Below, piece by piece: positions 14,385 to 28,077 of a DNA stretch of 64,000 nt. Source of the stretch: Chrysomallon squamiferum (taxonomy: Eukaryota > Animalia > Mollusca); assembly GCA_012295275.1 (NCBI GenBank), contig CM022668.1:7688001-7752000 (forward strand), given 5' to 3'. Every line of letters begins with the position of its first letter. Position 1 is the stretch's first letter. A model generated the notes under the pieces. It did not search any database. It was given only the letters and a program-made list of their open reading frames with translations, and was not told where the DNA came from. A program made the position numbers and the translations under genes.

Positions 14385-15099
14385 TAGGAAGAAATGGCAC
14401 TGTGCTGATCTGGAAAAAATGGCACCTTATTTATTTTTTCTGTATAGTTGCTTTCAAAAAGATTTTAAATGTACTTTTGAAAATACTGTTTATTCATGCA
14501 ATATTGTTACATACATATATATTAATATACAGCATCACTCAGCCACTTGGTCTTGCTTAACAAAGTACAGTATTATAATCAGAGTTAAATATTACACATA
14601 TACATACACATATACATACTCATATACACACACACATGGTTCTGGAGGATATTTTAACTGTTGTATGTGTATTTAAATTAGATACATCTGTATGAACATG
14701 TCTGTATGTATGAACGTGTATATATATGTGTGTGTGTGTATGTGTTGTGTGTGTATATATGTATGTATATATATATATATATACATACATACATATATAT
14801 ATATATATACACACATACATATATATATACACACATATGTATGTATGTATGTGTGCATATCTATATGTGTATGTATATGTGTGTGTATATGAGTAATATC
14901 AAACTCTGATATAATATTGTACACTTTGTTAAGGAAATGGCTGAGTGATGCTATATATTAATATACATGTATGTAACAGTACTGCATGAATAAACTGTAT
15001 TTTCAAAAGTAGTTTTAAATATATTTGAAAGCAATGATACAGAAAAAATAAATAAGGTGCCATTTTTTTCCAGATCTGCACAGTGCCATTTTTTCCATA
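14385..15099. repeat. Long inverted repeat (foldback or MITE-like): ~200-bp arms around a microsatellite-rich spacer
   Basis: 14385-14586 is the imperfect reverse complement of 14902-15099 (e.g. aaatggcactgtgctgatctggaaaaaatggcaccttatttattttttctgta versus tacagaaaaaataaataaggtgccatttttttccagatctgcacagtgccattt). Confidence 0.9.
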
Positions 15100-15461
15100 C
15101 CCTGGCAAAAACAACGCAGGAAAGAAGAAGAAAGAGAGATTATTCAAACAGAGACACAAAGATGATAAATCACAGACAGAATAACAATGAGAAATCTGTA
15201 CAGCTCACTGAATCAGCAGTTTGCAATATTTCACATAGCTACAAAACAATGCTGAAACAATGTAATTTTAACTTTAGTGTTATTTATTTACATATATAAA
15301 AACTAAATAAAATTACCATGTGTTTCACTAGAATTATTAGCAATAAGTTAAATAATAATGCTCAGTTGATTATAAAATTTTAAACTACTGATTATTAAAC
15401 ACTGATTATACACACACATACAATATACATAGATAAATACATACATACATGTGTATATATA

Positions 15462-15509
<48 letters not shown>

Positions 15510-16659
15510 GATCAGAAGAAACATATTACAAATGGTAATAACAACTTACATAAACCTGAAATCTAAAAACAACCAATATAACAAGAAATCTGTTTCGTAA
15601 AAAAAAAAACCAGAGGAAGCAAACCCAAAACTATTTTTATTACTTTATTCTCAAATTCTCCACAGACAGTGATATAATTACCCATAATTCAGCACACCTA
15701 GTTACCTAAGTTACACTTAAACACAATATTGCAGTTTTCTCTCTCAAACCACCAAGTTCAATTCACATCAGTAAAAACCACACAAAATTCACTGGGCTTG
15801 AAATCAGTGCAAAACTGAGTGGAAAGTAAAAATGTTGTCAGAAAAACAGAAAATAAAGGTTTGTTCATACTGTTCAACTTGTCACACCAACTTGTAGCAA
15901 ATGCATGATGGACTCTTAATGTGAAATAATAAGAATTTTAATTTTAGTCATTTCAGGAACCTAATTATATGAACATGCAGTATTACACACTGAAATATCT
16001 ATCAATTGATTTCAGACACATCAAGCTTCATATTAACTAAAACATCACCCTAAATGTGATTGATAACCAGTTTGTTACTCAAATATGCAAACTGATGGGT
16101 CGTACTCATGGATTGTGTCATTAAGTTGTTTTCATACTGCAGCAATTTTTACTAACATTTTTTGTGTGGTTTATAAAAATCATCTTGTGACAGAAACGTG
16201 CATCCACAAAAATCAGAATATTTAAAAGATTTTGTACACCATGTAATTTGGTATTGAAATAAAATTAAACTTTTAGCAAAACGAATACTTCTAGTAAAAA
16301 AACAAAAAAACAAAACAAATTGCTATGAATAAGAAATTGCTTTTGGATCATTTTATTCCAAAAACAAATTACATGGTTTACAAAACCCTTTAAATATTCA
16401 GATTTTTCTAGACATACAAAAAGATGTTACTAAAAATTGCTGCTGTATAAACATGTCTTAATGTCACAATCAGTTTGCAGGTACATTCAAGCCAACTGGA
16501 AAATACATGTTGAATTAAAACAGAAAAAATAAATGAAAAAGAAAAAAAAGGAAAAAAGAAAACAAAAAAAAAAAGAAGGAAATGAAAGATAAAAAGACCT
16601 GTGAAGAAAATTACATTTGTGTCATGTGCTCATTGATGATTCTGTTTGCAGTTCTCGTT

Positions 16660-17420
16660 AGAACTCAGAAAGGACAGTTAGAAAACACAGGAGAAACTTG
16701 TAGAAAATCAGATTCTACTAGAAAACACAGACTAAACTCAGAACTCAGTCAGCTCTGTCAAGCTCTTACACAGACTAAACTCAAACTCAGAACTCAGTGA
16801 ACTGTCAGTGAGCTGTCAGCTTAGAAAACACAGACTAAACTCAGAACTCAGTCAGCTCTTAGAAAACACAAAATTCAGTGGTGGCTCTTTTCTCTCTCCT
16901 GTGATTTGTCAGTTTTCTTTCTCTGTGCTGTTTTGTTTTTCTGTGTTGTTGTGAGTTTGTCTGTTTTCTCTGTGTTGTGTGTTTGTTTCTCTTTGTTGTT
17001 GTGTGTTTGTTTCTCTGTGTTGTGTGTTTGTCTGTTTTTTTTTCTGTGTTGTGTGTTTTTTTTTCTCTGTGTTGTGTGTTTGTTTTTCTGTGTGTGTGTT
17101 TGTTGTGTGTGTTTTTTTCTGTGTTGTTGTGTGTTTGTTTTCTCTGTGTTGTTGTGTTTTTTTCTGTGTTGTGTGTTTGTTTTTCTGTGTTGTGTCTTTG
17201 TTTCTCTGTGTTGTGTCTTTGTTTCTCTATGTGTGTTTGTTTCTCTGTGTTGTGTGTTTGTCTGTTTCTCTGTATTGTGTGTTTGTTTCTCTGTGTTGAT
17301 GTGTGTTTGTCTGTTTTTCTGTGTTGATGTGTGTTAGTCTGTATCTCTGTGTTGTGTGTTTGTTTCTCTGTGTTGTGTGTTTGTCTGTTTGTCTGTGTTG
17401 TTGGCTGTTTGTGTGTCTGT
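16660..17420. repeat. Short irregular tandem repeat followed by a TG/T low-complexity array
   Basis: cacagactaaactcagaactcagt occurs about 3 times (16726-16860), then tctgtgttgtgtgtttgtttc variants (16910-17420). Confidence 0.8.
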
Positions 17421-18643
17421 CAGTAAGGCATCACTGGCCATGTTAGTACATGAAAGTGGATGATAAATAATAATAATAATAATAATTAGTACTAAAATAT
17501 ATTAACATGTCATAAACATTATTCATTCACCCATCCATTCATTCATTATTCCTCAATCTATCTATATCCATTTATCATCCATCTATCCATCGATCCATCC
17601 ATCCATCCTTCCATCCTTCCATCCTTCCATCCATCCATTCATCCATACATTATCCTTTGATCAATCCATTCATCTATCCAGCTAAGCATACATTGATTCT
17701 TCCATCCATTCACAATTCTCTCATTCATTCATCCATCCATCCATCCATCTAGAGCCTGTCTTCCTGGTTCTCTGTGAGTTCTGTGACTGTTTTCTCCTGG
17801 ACACCTGCAGACTCGCACTGTGGGTTTGCCGCTAATAATGATGACCTTTCAGTGAAAGCAGTCAACTAATTGTCATTTTATTTGTAGCAACACAACCACT
17901 TGCTGATCAAACTATAACTTAACAGTCTTCCCAAATCCGCATAATCAGATTGAGACATATGGGTGGCATACAAATAGAATCATAATTGCAAAAATAGAAT
18001 TCAGATTTCTTTACCGTCTCCAAATTATAAGGCTTGGTTCTGTTTTGCAGACGAATTGTGGAAAACCATTATTAAAAGTTTTTGGGTTGTTTTTTTTTTT
18101 TGGGGAGGGAGGTTATTATTTTTTTTATTATTATTATTATATTTTTGTAGTTTTTTTTTTTTTCTTTTCCTAAAATTACCATTGCCTTGTATGGTATTTT
18201 GCAGATAAAGAAATAAAATATCTTAAATTAAATTTATTGTGCTAAAATAGAAAGAGTAAAATTATATTTTTATAAATGTATCTTCAAAATAAAATTAATA
18301 CTGGTGTTTGTAAGTGTCTGTGTATCTGTGTGTATTTATGTGTTTGTAGGTGTATGTATGTTCTTATGTGTGTGTCTACATTCATGTCTGTGTGTGTGAG
18401 TGTGTGATAAAAATTATTGCTGAACATTTATTTATTTTTGAAATCAGAAGCAAACTCTGGAAGGATCAATCAAGTTTCTGGTAATTACCATTTTGTGTGA
18501 CAGTCCCATTAAACTAAAACCCACATGTGTTCTTGGGGGAAAAAAACAACCTTAAAAAAAACTAAACTTTTCATTCATCTTGCACTAAACCATAGAATCT
18601 GATGGGAAAACAAAGAAATAAATTAAAAATAATGAAAAGCTAG

Positions 18644-18731
18644 TGATTATTTTAAAACTGATTATTTTAAAACTGATTATTTCAAAACTGATTATTTTAA
18701 AACTGATTATTTCAAAAGTGATTATTTTAAA
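18644..18731. repeat. 15-bp tandem repeat, about 6 copies
   Basis: tgattattt(t/c)aaaac repeated. Confidence 0.85.
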
Positions 18732-19454
18732 GCTGGTGAGATTTAAAGATACATGACTTTGATAAATGTTTCTGAGAAATTGGTATCATCTTATTTACAA
18801 CACTTATTTACAACAAGATGTTACAATAATAATGATGATAATGACAATGATCACGATGATATAAAAACAGCAACAATAATAATAATTACAATGACGATGA
18901 TGATAGTAATAATATAATAATAATTAAAATATTCAGTAATAATGATGATAAGTAATACAATAATAATTGTGATCATAATGAATAAATAAATAAAATCAAT
19001 AATCCCTTTCCAAAATTGAAAACAAAAAATAAAGAAAAATAAAACTCATAACAGTTATTATTTTACTTTAATCACAAATATCATCAGCAATGATGGAGGT
19101 GGGTGTTTTGAAGTGTGGATAGTAAAAAATAAAAAATAAAAAATAAAAAAAATAATAAAAAAAAATAAATCAATAAAATTCATCTGCTTCATCTCACTGA
19201 GAATACGTCATCAATGTTACGTCTCTGACAACATCGTTATTACTGCCCAGCAGCAGCAACTTCATCAGTGATGTAAATTAAGACAACAAAATGAAGACAT
19301 CCTCGCCCGCATTGACAGAAAATTAACATCGTAGGTGGAAGGCATCGAAAATTGTCATCCAAAAATTGTTGATTTTTTTTTCTGTCAATATCATTTTATT
19401 ATTATGATTTTGATTATTGTTATTATTATTATTATTATTATTATGATTATTATG

Positions 19455-19955
19455 ATTTGTAACATTTGTTACAGTATTCCTAACTGTGATATCTGTTACA
19501 GTATTCATGACAGTAACAACTGTTACAGTATTTGTGAAAGTAACATCTGTTACAGTATTCGTGAAAGTAACATCTGTTATAGTATTTGTGAAAGTAAAAT
19601 CTGTAACAGTATTTGTGAAAGTAACATCTGTTACAGCATTCATGACAGTAACATCTGTTACAGTGTTTCTAACTATAACATGTATAACAGTATTACTGAC
19701 AGTAACATGTGTTACATTACTCCTAACTGTAAACATGTAACAATATCTGTAATATTATCCCCGAGAGCAGTATAAATTACAGTTAAAAATATTCCTTATA
19801 GCAATATAACATCCCTTATAACAACACATTTAAAAAAATCCCTTATAGCAACACATTTTATAACATCCCTTATAGCAACACATTTTATAATATCCCTTAT
19901 AGCAACACATTTTGTAACATTCCTTATAACAACACATTACAGTAACACATTTTAC
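19455..19955. repeat. Two adjacent ~27-bp minisatellites
   Basis: gtaacatctgttacagtatttgtgaaa (19455-19745; internal palindrome GTAACA-nn-TGTTAC) and atcccttatagcaacacattttataac (19790-19940). Confidence 0.85.
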
Positions 19956-20049
19956 AAGATGTATTACAATACTACTTCCACTACTACTACTACCACTACT
20001 AGAACTACTACAACTGACAATAATAATGATGATGATGATGATAATAATG

Positions 20050-20086
<37 letters not shown>

Positions 20087-20317
20087 TAATAATAGTAATA
20101 ATAATAATAAACAGTTCAAGCTGCAACATCTATTATCATCTCCTGAAATTTCATCTGTGAAATGATTACCTTTCATATCATCAAAGCAGACCCTAAGGGA
20201 AGACAGGACTAAAAATACATTAGATTTATCATCTCTGTTAATGGAACACGGAACATATTGTGGGCAAAATATATTAAACTTTTCACAGAACAAAAACAAC
20301 CCCCAAAAAAACAACAA

Positions 20318-20386
<69 letters not shown>

Positions 20387-20982
20387 AAAAAAAAAAAAAA
20401 AAAAAAAAAAAATAAAATTACAGAAAATAAAAATGGATGACAATTGCATAGTCTTTGAGTCCTGACCGGATTACAGGAGGGAGGGAGTATTGGGATTGGG
20501 GGGGTGTACTTTCGGTCTGCTCAAGTTAATAAAATCGCCCAATCAGGGGATCAGATAGGACAGACATGTGACCTTTCTCAGCAGTGGTGTTGATTTCCAG
20601 TCTGAATTTTATCAATAGATTCTGTGATAGCCTGGTCGAATGCAATTTCAGGACTGCATGATTATGTACAACTTTCAGGAGGAAATATGCCCAGAAGCCA
20701 TGATGAATGATTGGAGAAATTTTAAAAATTGTCTTTCATTTATTTGGAGTTCTCTGGATATAGGCTGATTTCCAGATATTTTCTATTATTATTTTTTCTT
20801 TTATTGATGATATTGATGATATTGAAGGTTTGAAAAGATATCTGTTATTTTTATTAATATTATTATTATTAATTTATTTTAAATATTAAAATATTTGTAT
20901 AGTGTCATATAAATATATGCATTCAGATACATACAAGTTTTCTCTATTTTTCTTTCATTCTGAATTTTTCCCTTTGACTTTT

Positions 20983-21064
<82 letters not shown>

Positions 21065-21464
21065 TTATCTATCTCCATCACAGTTTTCAAATTAAGTTTT
21101 ACAAATATCTACATGACTAAAAGACTTATCTAAACCACACTCTGTCACTTAAATTCCCCAACTCCCCTCAAATCTATGACAAGCAACAAAATATAGAAAA
21201 TTTCCTTCACATTTCACAACTGTCTGTAACGTAATGTCATCCATTTTGTGCTTTGGGACTCCCATTTTGACAAAGGAACAAAATTTTTACTTTGAAGCTG
21301 AGCTAATGGAAAATAAACATCTTTATTATTTTCACTCTACAAAAACAGCAAGACAAAGTTATTTACTCCTGAAGACATTCCCATTAAGATAGCAAACACA
21401 GATACATAAATATTTCTCCCTTGTTTGATAGCAGAACCAATCTGCAGCCTTTTCCTTAAATCAG

Positions 21465-21895
21465 CAATAGTTTAAAAACAGATACATAATTATTTCTCAA
21501 TTCATTTAAACAGACAATAACAAAATATGTTCATCTTAGAAATAGTTTAAATATAGATATATAATTATTTCTTTATTCATGTTAGAGATAGTTTAAACAC
21601 AGATATAAAATTATTTTTTTTATTCATCTTAGAAATAGTTTAAATATAGATATAAAATTATTTCTTTATTCATGTTGAAGATAGTTTAAACATAGATATT
21701 AAATGATTTCTTTATTCATGTTTGAGATAGGTTAACCAGTTATGTATAATTATGTGTCCATTTGTCTTGAAAAAAAAAAAAAAAATTCCTATTAATAATT
21801 AATATCCACATAATAACAGTTTAAAAGACCTATATAATTATTTGTCTCCCCATGTTAGAGATAGTTTAAACCACAAATAACATAATTATTTCTTA
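21465..21895. repeat. Decayed ~46-bp tandem repeat
   Basis: atagtttaaa.atagatata.aattatttctttattcatgttaga variants. Confidence 0.75.
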
Positions 21896-22599
21896 ATCTT
21901 GAACTTACATTTAACAGCAGTAACGAATTTAAAACAAGACAATATGGACCAAGTTTTTGGTTTGACAGAATGTCACTGAAGTGTTGTATGTGCAAATTAC
22001 CCCTGTTTTTCATCAACAGCAAGTTGTCACAGAAACAGGATTACATTTAAATATCTTGTCTGCCAATGACAGGCATTGTTAGAACAACCAATCAAACGAC
22101 CTGTTGTTTCTGCACTGGGAACTGCTGTGAACTGCACACAAGCAAAGATGTAGAGATCTGTGTTTTCTATTCATGTAACAAAAAAAAAAAAAAAAAAATT
22201 AGAAAAAAAGACAGAAAGAACAAAAAAATCAATGCTGGATAAAAGGAAATCTTTTTTTGTTGTGAGCCATCTTCTTAAACTGAGTTATGTTTGCTTAAAA
22301 GCATGTTCACTTTGTTAGTTTTGCCATCAACACATCACTCTTACTAGATTCTAATCTCTTAATGAATGGATTCTATTTCTGCTACAGTTTTAAAGATTGA
22401 CGCTGTAGCCTGGTGGTCAGACTGTTCCTCTGATGTGTGAACATCAACTCTCGGTAGTTCAAATTCTAGTATATTTCCCAATCTAGACAGTGTCTCAAAA
22501 TATTCTGTTTACTTTTTTCTGCATAACAAGTCTCTTACTGTTTTTCCTTTCCCTTTCAAAACCAGTTTTGTTTTCTTTATTTTTCTGTCTTTAAGCATA

Positions 22600-22689
<90 letters not shown>

Positions 22690-23119
22690 TGTTTCTGTCT
22701 GTCTCTTTTGCCATGATACAACTTTTATCATTCACTCATCTTTCCTTCCATCCATCCATCAATTTATCTATGTAGGTAATATCTGTCTGTCTAACTATCT
22801 GTATATCTTTCTGTCTATCGCTCTCTCTATCTATCCATCCATCTATCCATCCATCCATATATCATGTCTAATTATCTGTCTATCTATTTATCTCTTTGCT
22901 TCCATCCTCCATTTATTTATAGGTTTATGTCTATTTATCTGCATATCTGTCTGATCTCTCAGAGAGACGAATCTATCTATCCATCCATCATAGACAGATT
23001 TATCTGATGAAGGAAGTATCTGTCTGAGTCACGTTATCTGTATAGACAGATTTTCTGTCTATCTCTCGTATCTATCCATCCATCCATCCATCCAGATCCA
23101 TCCATCCATCCATCCATCC

Positions 23120-25130
23120 ATAGAGTCACGTTGTCCACACAGACAGATTTGTATCTGTCTATCTATTTAGTCACGTTTCCACACAGACAGATTTTGTGAT
23201 CCTCCATTTATTTTTATAGGTTTGTTTATTTGAAGTCGAGATACAGAGTCACGTTGTCCACACAGACAGATTTGTGTGATGAAGACGAAGTCTACAGAGT
23301 CACGTTGTCCACACAGACAGATTTGTGTGATGAAGTCGTAGAGTACAGAGTCACGTTGTCCACACAGACAGATTTGTGTGATGAAGACGAAGTCGTAGAG
23401 TACAGAGTCACGTTGTCCACACAGACAGATTTGTGTGATGAAGACGAAGTCATAGAGTCACGTTGTCCACACAGACAGATTTGTGTGATGAAGACGAAGT
23501 CGTAGAGTACAGAGTCACGTTGTCCACACAGACAGATTTGTGTGATGAAGTCGTAGAGTACAGAGTCACGTTGTCCACACAGACAGATTTGTGTGATGAA
23601 GACGAAGTCATAGAGTCACGTTGTCCACACAGACAGATTTGTGTGATGAAGACGAAGTCGTAGAGTACAGAGTCACGTTGTCCACACAGACAGATTTGTG
23701 TGATGAAGACGAAGTCATAGAGTCACGTTGTCCACACAGACAGATTTGTGTGATGAAGACGAAGTCGTAGAGTACAGAGTCACGTTGTCCACACAGACAG
23801 ATTTGTGTGATGAAGACGAAGTCATAGAGTCACGTTGTCCACACAGACAGATTTGTGTGATGAAGACGAAGTCATAGAGTCACGTTGTCCACACAGACAG
23901 ATTTGTGTGATGAAGACGAAGTCATAGAGTCACGTTGTCCACACAGACAGATTTGTGTGTGATGAAGACGAAGTCGTAGAGTACAGAGTCACGTTGTCCC
24001 ACAGACAGATTTGTGTGATGAAGACAGAGTCACGTTGTCCACACAGACAGATTTGTGTGATGAAGACGAAGTCGTAGAGTACAGAGTCACGTTGTCCACA
24101 CAGACAGATTTGTGTGATGAAGACGAAGTCATAGAGTCACGTTGTCCACACAGACAGATTTGTGTGATGAAGACGAAGTCGTAGAGTACAGAGTCACGTT
24201 GTCCACACAGACAGATTTGTGTGATGAAGACGAAGTCATAGAGTCACGTTGTCCACACAGACAGATTTGTGTGATGAAGACGAAGTCGTAGAGTACAGAG
24301 TCACGTTGTCCACACAGACAGATTTGTGTGATGAAGTCGTAGAGTACAGAGTCACGTTGTCCACACAGACAGATTTGTGTGATGAAGACGAAGTCGTAGA
24401 GTACAGAGTCACGTTGTCCACACAGACAGATTTGTGTGATGAAGACGAAGTCATAGAGTCACGTTGTCCACACAGACAGATTTGTGTGATGAAGACGAAG
24501 TCGTAGAGTACAGAGTCACGTTGTCCACACAGACAGATTTGTGTGATGAAATAGAGTGACGTTGTCCACACAGACAGATTTGTGTGATGAAGACGAAGTC
24601 GTAGAGTACAGAGTCACGTTGTCCACACAGACAGTTTTTGTGTGATGAAGACGAAGTCATAGAGTCACGTTGTCCACACAGACAGATTTTGTGTGATGAA
24701 GACGAAGTCATAGAGTGTTGTCCACACAGACAGATTTGTGTGATGAAGACGAAGTCGTAGAGTCACATTGTCCACACAGACAGATTTGTGTGATGAAGAC
24801 GAAGTCGTAGAGTCACATTGTCCACACAGACAGATTTGTGTGATGAAGACGAAGTCGTAGAGTCACATTGTCCACACAGACAGATTTGTGTGATGGAGAC
24901 AAAGTCGTAGAGTACAGAGTCACATTGTCCACACAGACAGATTTGTGTGATGGAGACAAAGTCGTAGAGTACAGAGTCACGTTGTCCACACAGACAGATT
25001 TGTGTGATGAAGACGAAGTCGTAGAGTACAGAGTCACGTTGTCCACACAGACAGATTTGTGTGATGAAGTCGTAGAGTACAGAGTCACGTTGTCCACACA
25101 GACAGATTTGTGTGATGGAGACAAAGTCAC
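23120..25130. repeat. Homogeneous CpG-containing minisatellite with 57-, 51- and 50-bp variant units
   Basis: agagtcacgttgtccacacagacagatttgtgtgatgaagacgaagtcgtagagtac, with interspersed deletion variants; roughly 35 units. Confidence 0.95.
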
Positions 25131-25531
25131 AGGTTTAATTACAGAGACAACTCAGAGCTGTAACCTTTTGCCTCCAGGATTAACTACACAAAAAGAGCTG
25201 TTGCCCAGAATTGATCCCAGAAGCTTCAGGTTGAATAATTAGAGCTCATAGCTTGCATAATGAGACACGTGTTGCTTTGTTCTCTCCATGTTTTTGTGTG
25301 TGTATATCAGATCATGTTGAGAAGTGTGACTTTCAGATAGTTCTTCAAGTATGCATGTCATGGACCAAGCTCTGATGTTTTTTGAAGAGTTTTATTCAAA
25401 TGAAGCTTTACAAGACTGGTTTGAAGTGCATCGTGGTGAATTATATGAACTATCTAATACTTTAGTAGAAGCATGCCTTATGTGGACTACAGAGAGAGAA
25501 TATTAACCAAGATCAATATAACAATTTAATG

Positions 25532-25563
<32 letters not shown>

Positions 25564-25603
25564 AATGGGTCTCCATATATATCATATACATACATACATA
25601 CAT

Positions 25604-25715
<112 letters not shown>

Positions 25716-25944
25716 TCCCCTTATGATACTCCTGAAGACATTCCCATTAAGATAGCAAACACAGATACATAAATATTTCTCTCTTGTTTGATAGCAGAAC
25801 CTACAACACACAGACACACACACACCCACACACCCCCACCACACACACACACACATCTCACCACCAAGAAAGTCACAATGTCTTAAAACATCAGATTTAA
25901 GCAGACCCAAAATAAAAGTAATACTAAATATATTTATTGCTGGC

Positions 25945-26230
25945 AAGTAAAACCATTAGTACAAGCAAGCCTGTCATGGGCCCAGAGAGTTTTGATACAG
26001 TTAAAAGAGTAATATTTTATAACATTAAACAGACCCAAGAGGACAGCAAATTCACTCATTACTGATAACTAAAACCATCAGTATAAGTACGCCTGTTATG
26101 GGCCCAGAGGGATTTATCAGAGTAGGGTATACTGTTTAAATTAGGTTTAAACAGACAAAAGAGAATACTGATGTCTTCATTTCAATTAAAATTTTCTGTT
26201 CAAGCTCGCCTTCAATGGGCTCCATGGAAT
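25945..26230. repeat. Decayed ~120-bp tandem repeat, about 3 copies
   Basis: aaaaccat.agta.aag.a.gcctgt.atgggcccagag recurs at about 25950 and 26071, and more weakly at 26200. Confidence 0.6.
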
Positions 26231-26393
26231 TTAATACAAGAAAAGCTGTCATGTTTTACAACAGTGAATATACCCCAGAGATTCAGATGACTGACATCTA
26301 AACCAGGACTTGAAACCAGATAGATTTAGTAGTCTTGAGAGTTGTGACATTTGAAAGCAGTGACAAACTTCTACAAGTCTGATAATAGTATAG

Positions 26394-26454
<61 letters not shown>

Positions 26455-27007
26455 GAATAATAATAATAAGAATAAGAATAAGAATAATAATAATAATAAT
26501 AACAAAAACAACACCAACAACAACAATAATAAAATTAAAATATAAAAACTGATAATGTTGAAAATGATGATGATGATGATGATGGCTGTAATAAAATGAT
26601 AAAAAATAAAAATCTCAAGGGAAGACAAGAATTAAAATATATACAAGTATTAGATGCATCATCTGAATTAATAGAACATGGAACAGTTGTGAGCAAAATA
26701 TAATAATCCTTTCAAAAAAAAAAAAATAAAAAAAAAATAAAATAATTTAAAATTAAAGAAAAAACAAAATAAAAATAAAAATAAAAAAGAGAAAAGGAAA
26801 AAAGAAATGTGAATGAAATAATCAATATACACATTAATACTATAATAAAAATGATCATTTATTATATTTTAACAAAATTAATTTTTATCAGATATTAACA
26901 TTATGAAAAGAAAGAAAGAAAAAAATGAATTCTTAAAAATAGCCTGCCTTAAACTTTATCTTTAAAATATAGGACAACATCAAGAATATAATCTGTTAAA
27001 CAAACAT

Positions 27008-27165
27008 TTTACTAATGTAATGAGCCAATGAAATAATTAAATCATCCAATCAAGTAATTTACTAATGAAGTCAGCCCATGAAATCATTTTACTAATGAAA
27101 TCAGCCCATGAAATCATTTTACTAATGAAATCAGCCAATCAAATTATTCTGCAGATGAAATTAGC
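27008..27165. repeat. 30-bp tandem repeat
   Basis: tttactaatgaa.tcagcccatgaaatcat variants. Confidence 0.75.
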
Positions 27166-27654
27166 AAAAATAACCATTCTTGGTATCAAGATACACTTTT
27201 TAAAGTCTATTTTTCTGTTAGTATCCTAGTAGACACTAATCTATCAGTCATTTACAATGGATATAGTAACTGAAAGTTCAAACAAGTTGCTAAGTTGTGA
27301 ATGTATTTCTTTTCTTTTGGGCATATTTATTTATTCAAACTATTATTATTATGTTATTGTTCTTATCCTTGTCATCATTATAATATCACAGTTTTTGTTG
27401 TTATTATTTCTTTATTTACTGATATAGATATTTATTTATTTACTTACTCAGTTACTTTCTTACTTATTTATTTATTTAATTATTTATTCAAACTGTTAAT
27501 AATATTATGAATAAAGTTCTTACTACTGTTGTCATTCAGTGTTTGTTATATTAAAATCATCGTATTTCTGTTGTTTTTGTTATAATACAGAGAGGTGGGG
27601 GCTGGGTGTGTCTATGTAAATATTTAACAGAAAAGTTTAGTCATATAGAAGTTA

Positions 27655-27735
27655 AAGTTCTTGTATTTCTTCATCCAGTACTGGGACGTGATCCTAAAAC
27701 CTACCAGTCCTGAACCCAGTGACTTAATCACCAAA
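27655..27735 (-). mobile_element. Decayed tRNA-derived SINE head
   Basis: Minus strand tggtgattaagtcactgggttcaggactggtaggttttaggatcacgtcccagtactgg shows a degenerate A-box/B-box arrangement. Confidence 0.4.
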
Positions 27736-27774
27736 ACCGGTTTTGAGAAAAATTAAATTATTTTTAAAATCTAA

Positions 27775-28065
27775 AAGCTCACTCAACACATTTCTAACCA
27801 ACAGTTTTGATACAACATTATACACATAATTAAGAATCATATAGAAAATTAAAGAAGAAACCTGTAAGTGCCATGTCCTGGCTTTGTCCTTTTGAACTTA
27901 GCAATAAGAGATTTTCAATATGGACCTACCCAAAGTTATGAATGTACATATTATATATGATAAACCAGTCATGTTGAAATGGTTAGAATGGGAAAGTACC
28001 CAATGAGAGAAGTAAGGAGGATTGATCTTGGTATTTACAACATCTCAATTGTAATCACTGAGAGA
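27775..28065 (-). mobile_element. Decayed near-full-length Meta-type tRNA SINE
   Basis: Ordered remnants cactcaacacattt...gaaacctg...gcca...tagcaataagagattttcaatatg...gataaaccagtcatg...cccaatg...ggattgatc follow a gastropod MetaSINE consensus recalled from memory. Confidence 0.5.
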
Positions 28066-28077
28066 AAGTTTATCTTC

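Noticed and set aside
19323-19775. Thr/Val-rich repeat ORFs (antifreeze- or mucin-like)
   Set aside because: They come from a 27-bp semi-palindromic minisatellite that is open on both strands, with no signal peptide or splice sites.
22400-22480. tRNA gene
   Set aside because: A-box-like and B-box-like motifs are present but no cloverleaf pairing, so it is better explained as a decayed SINE head. The same applies to 32330-32400.
23120-25130. CRISPR array or repetitive acidic protein
   Set aside because: There are no unique spacers, the units are head-to-tail, the context is eukaryotic with no cas genes, and the 50-bp units repeatedly break the frame.
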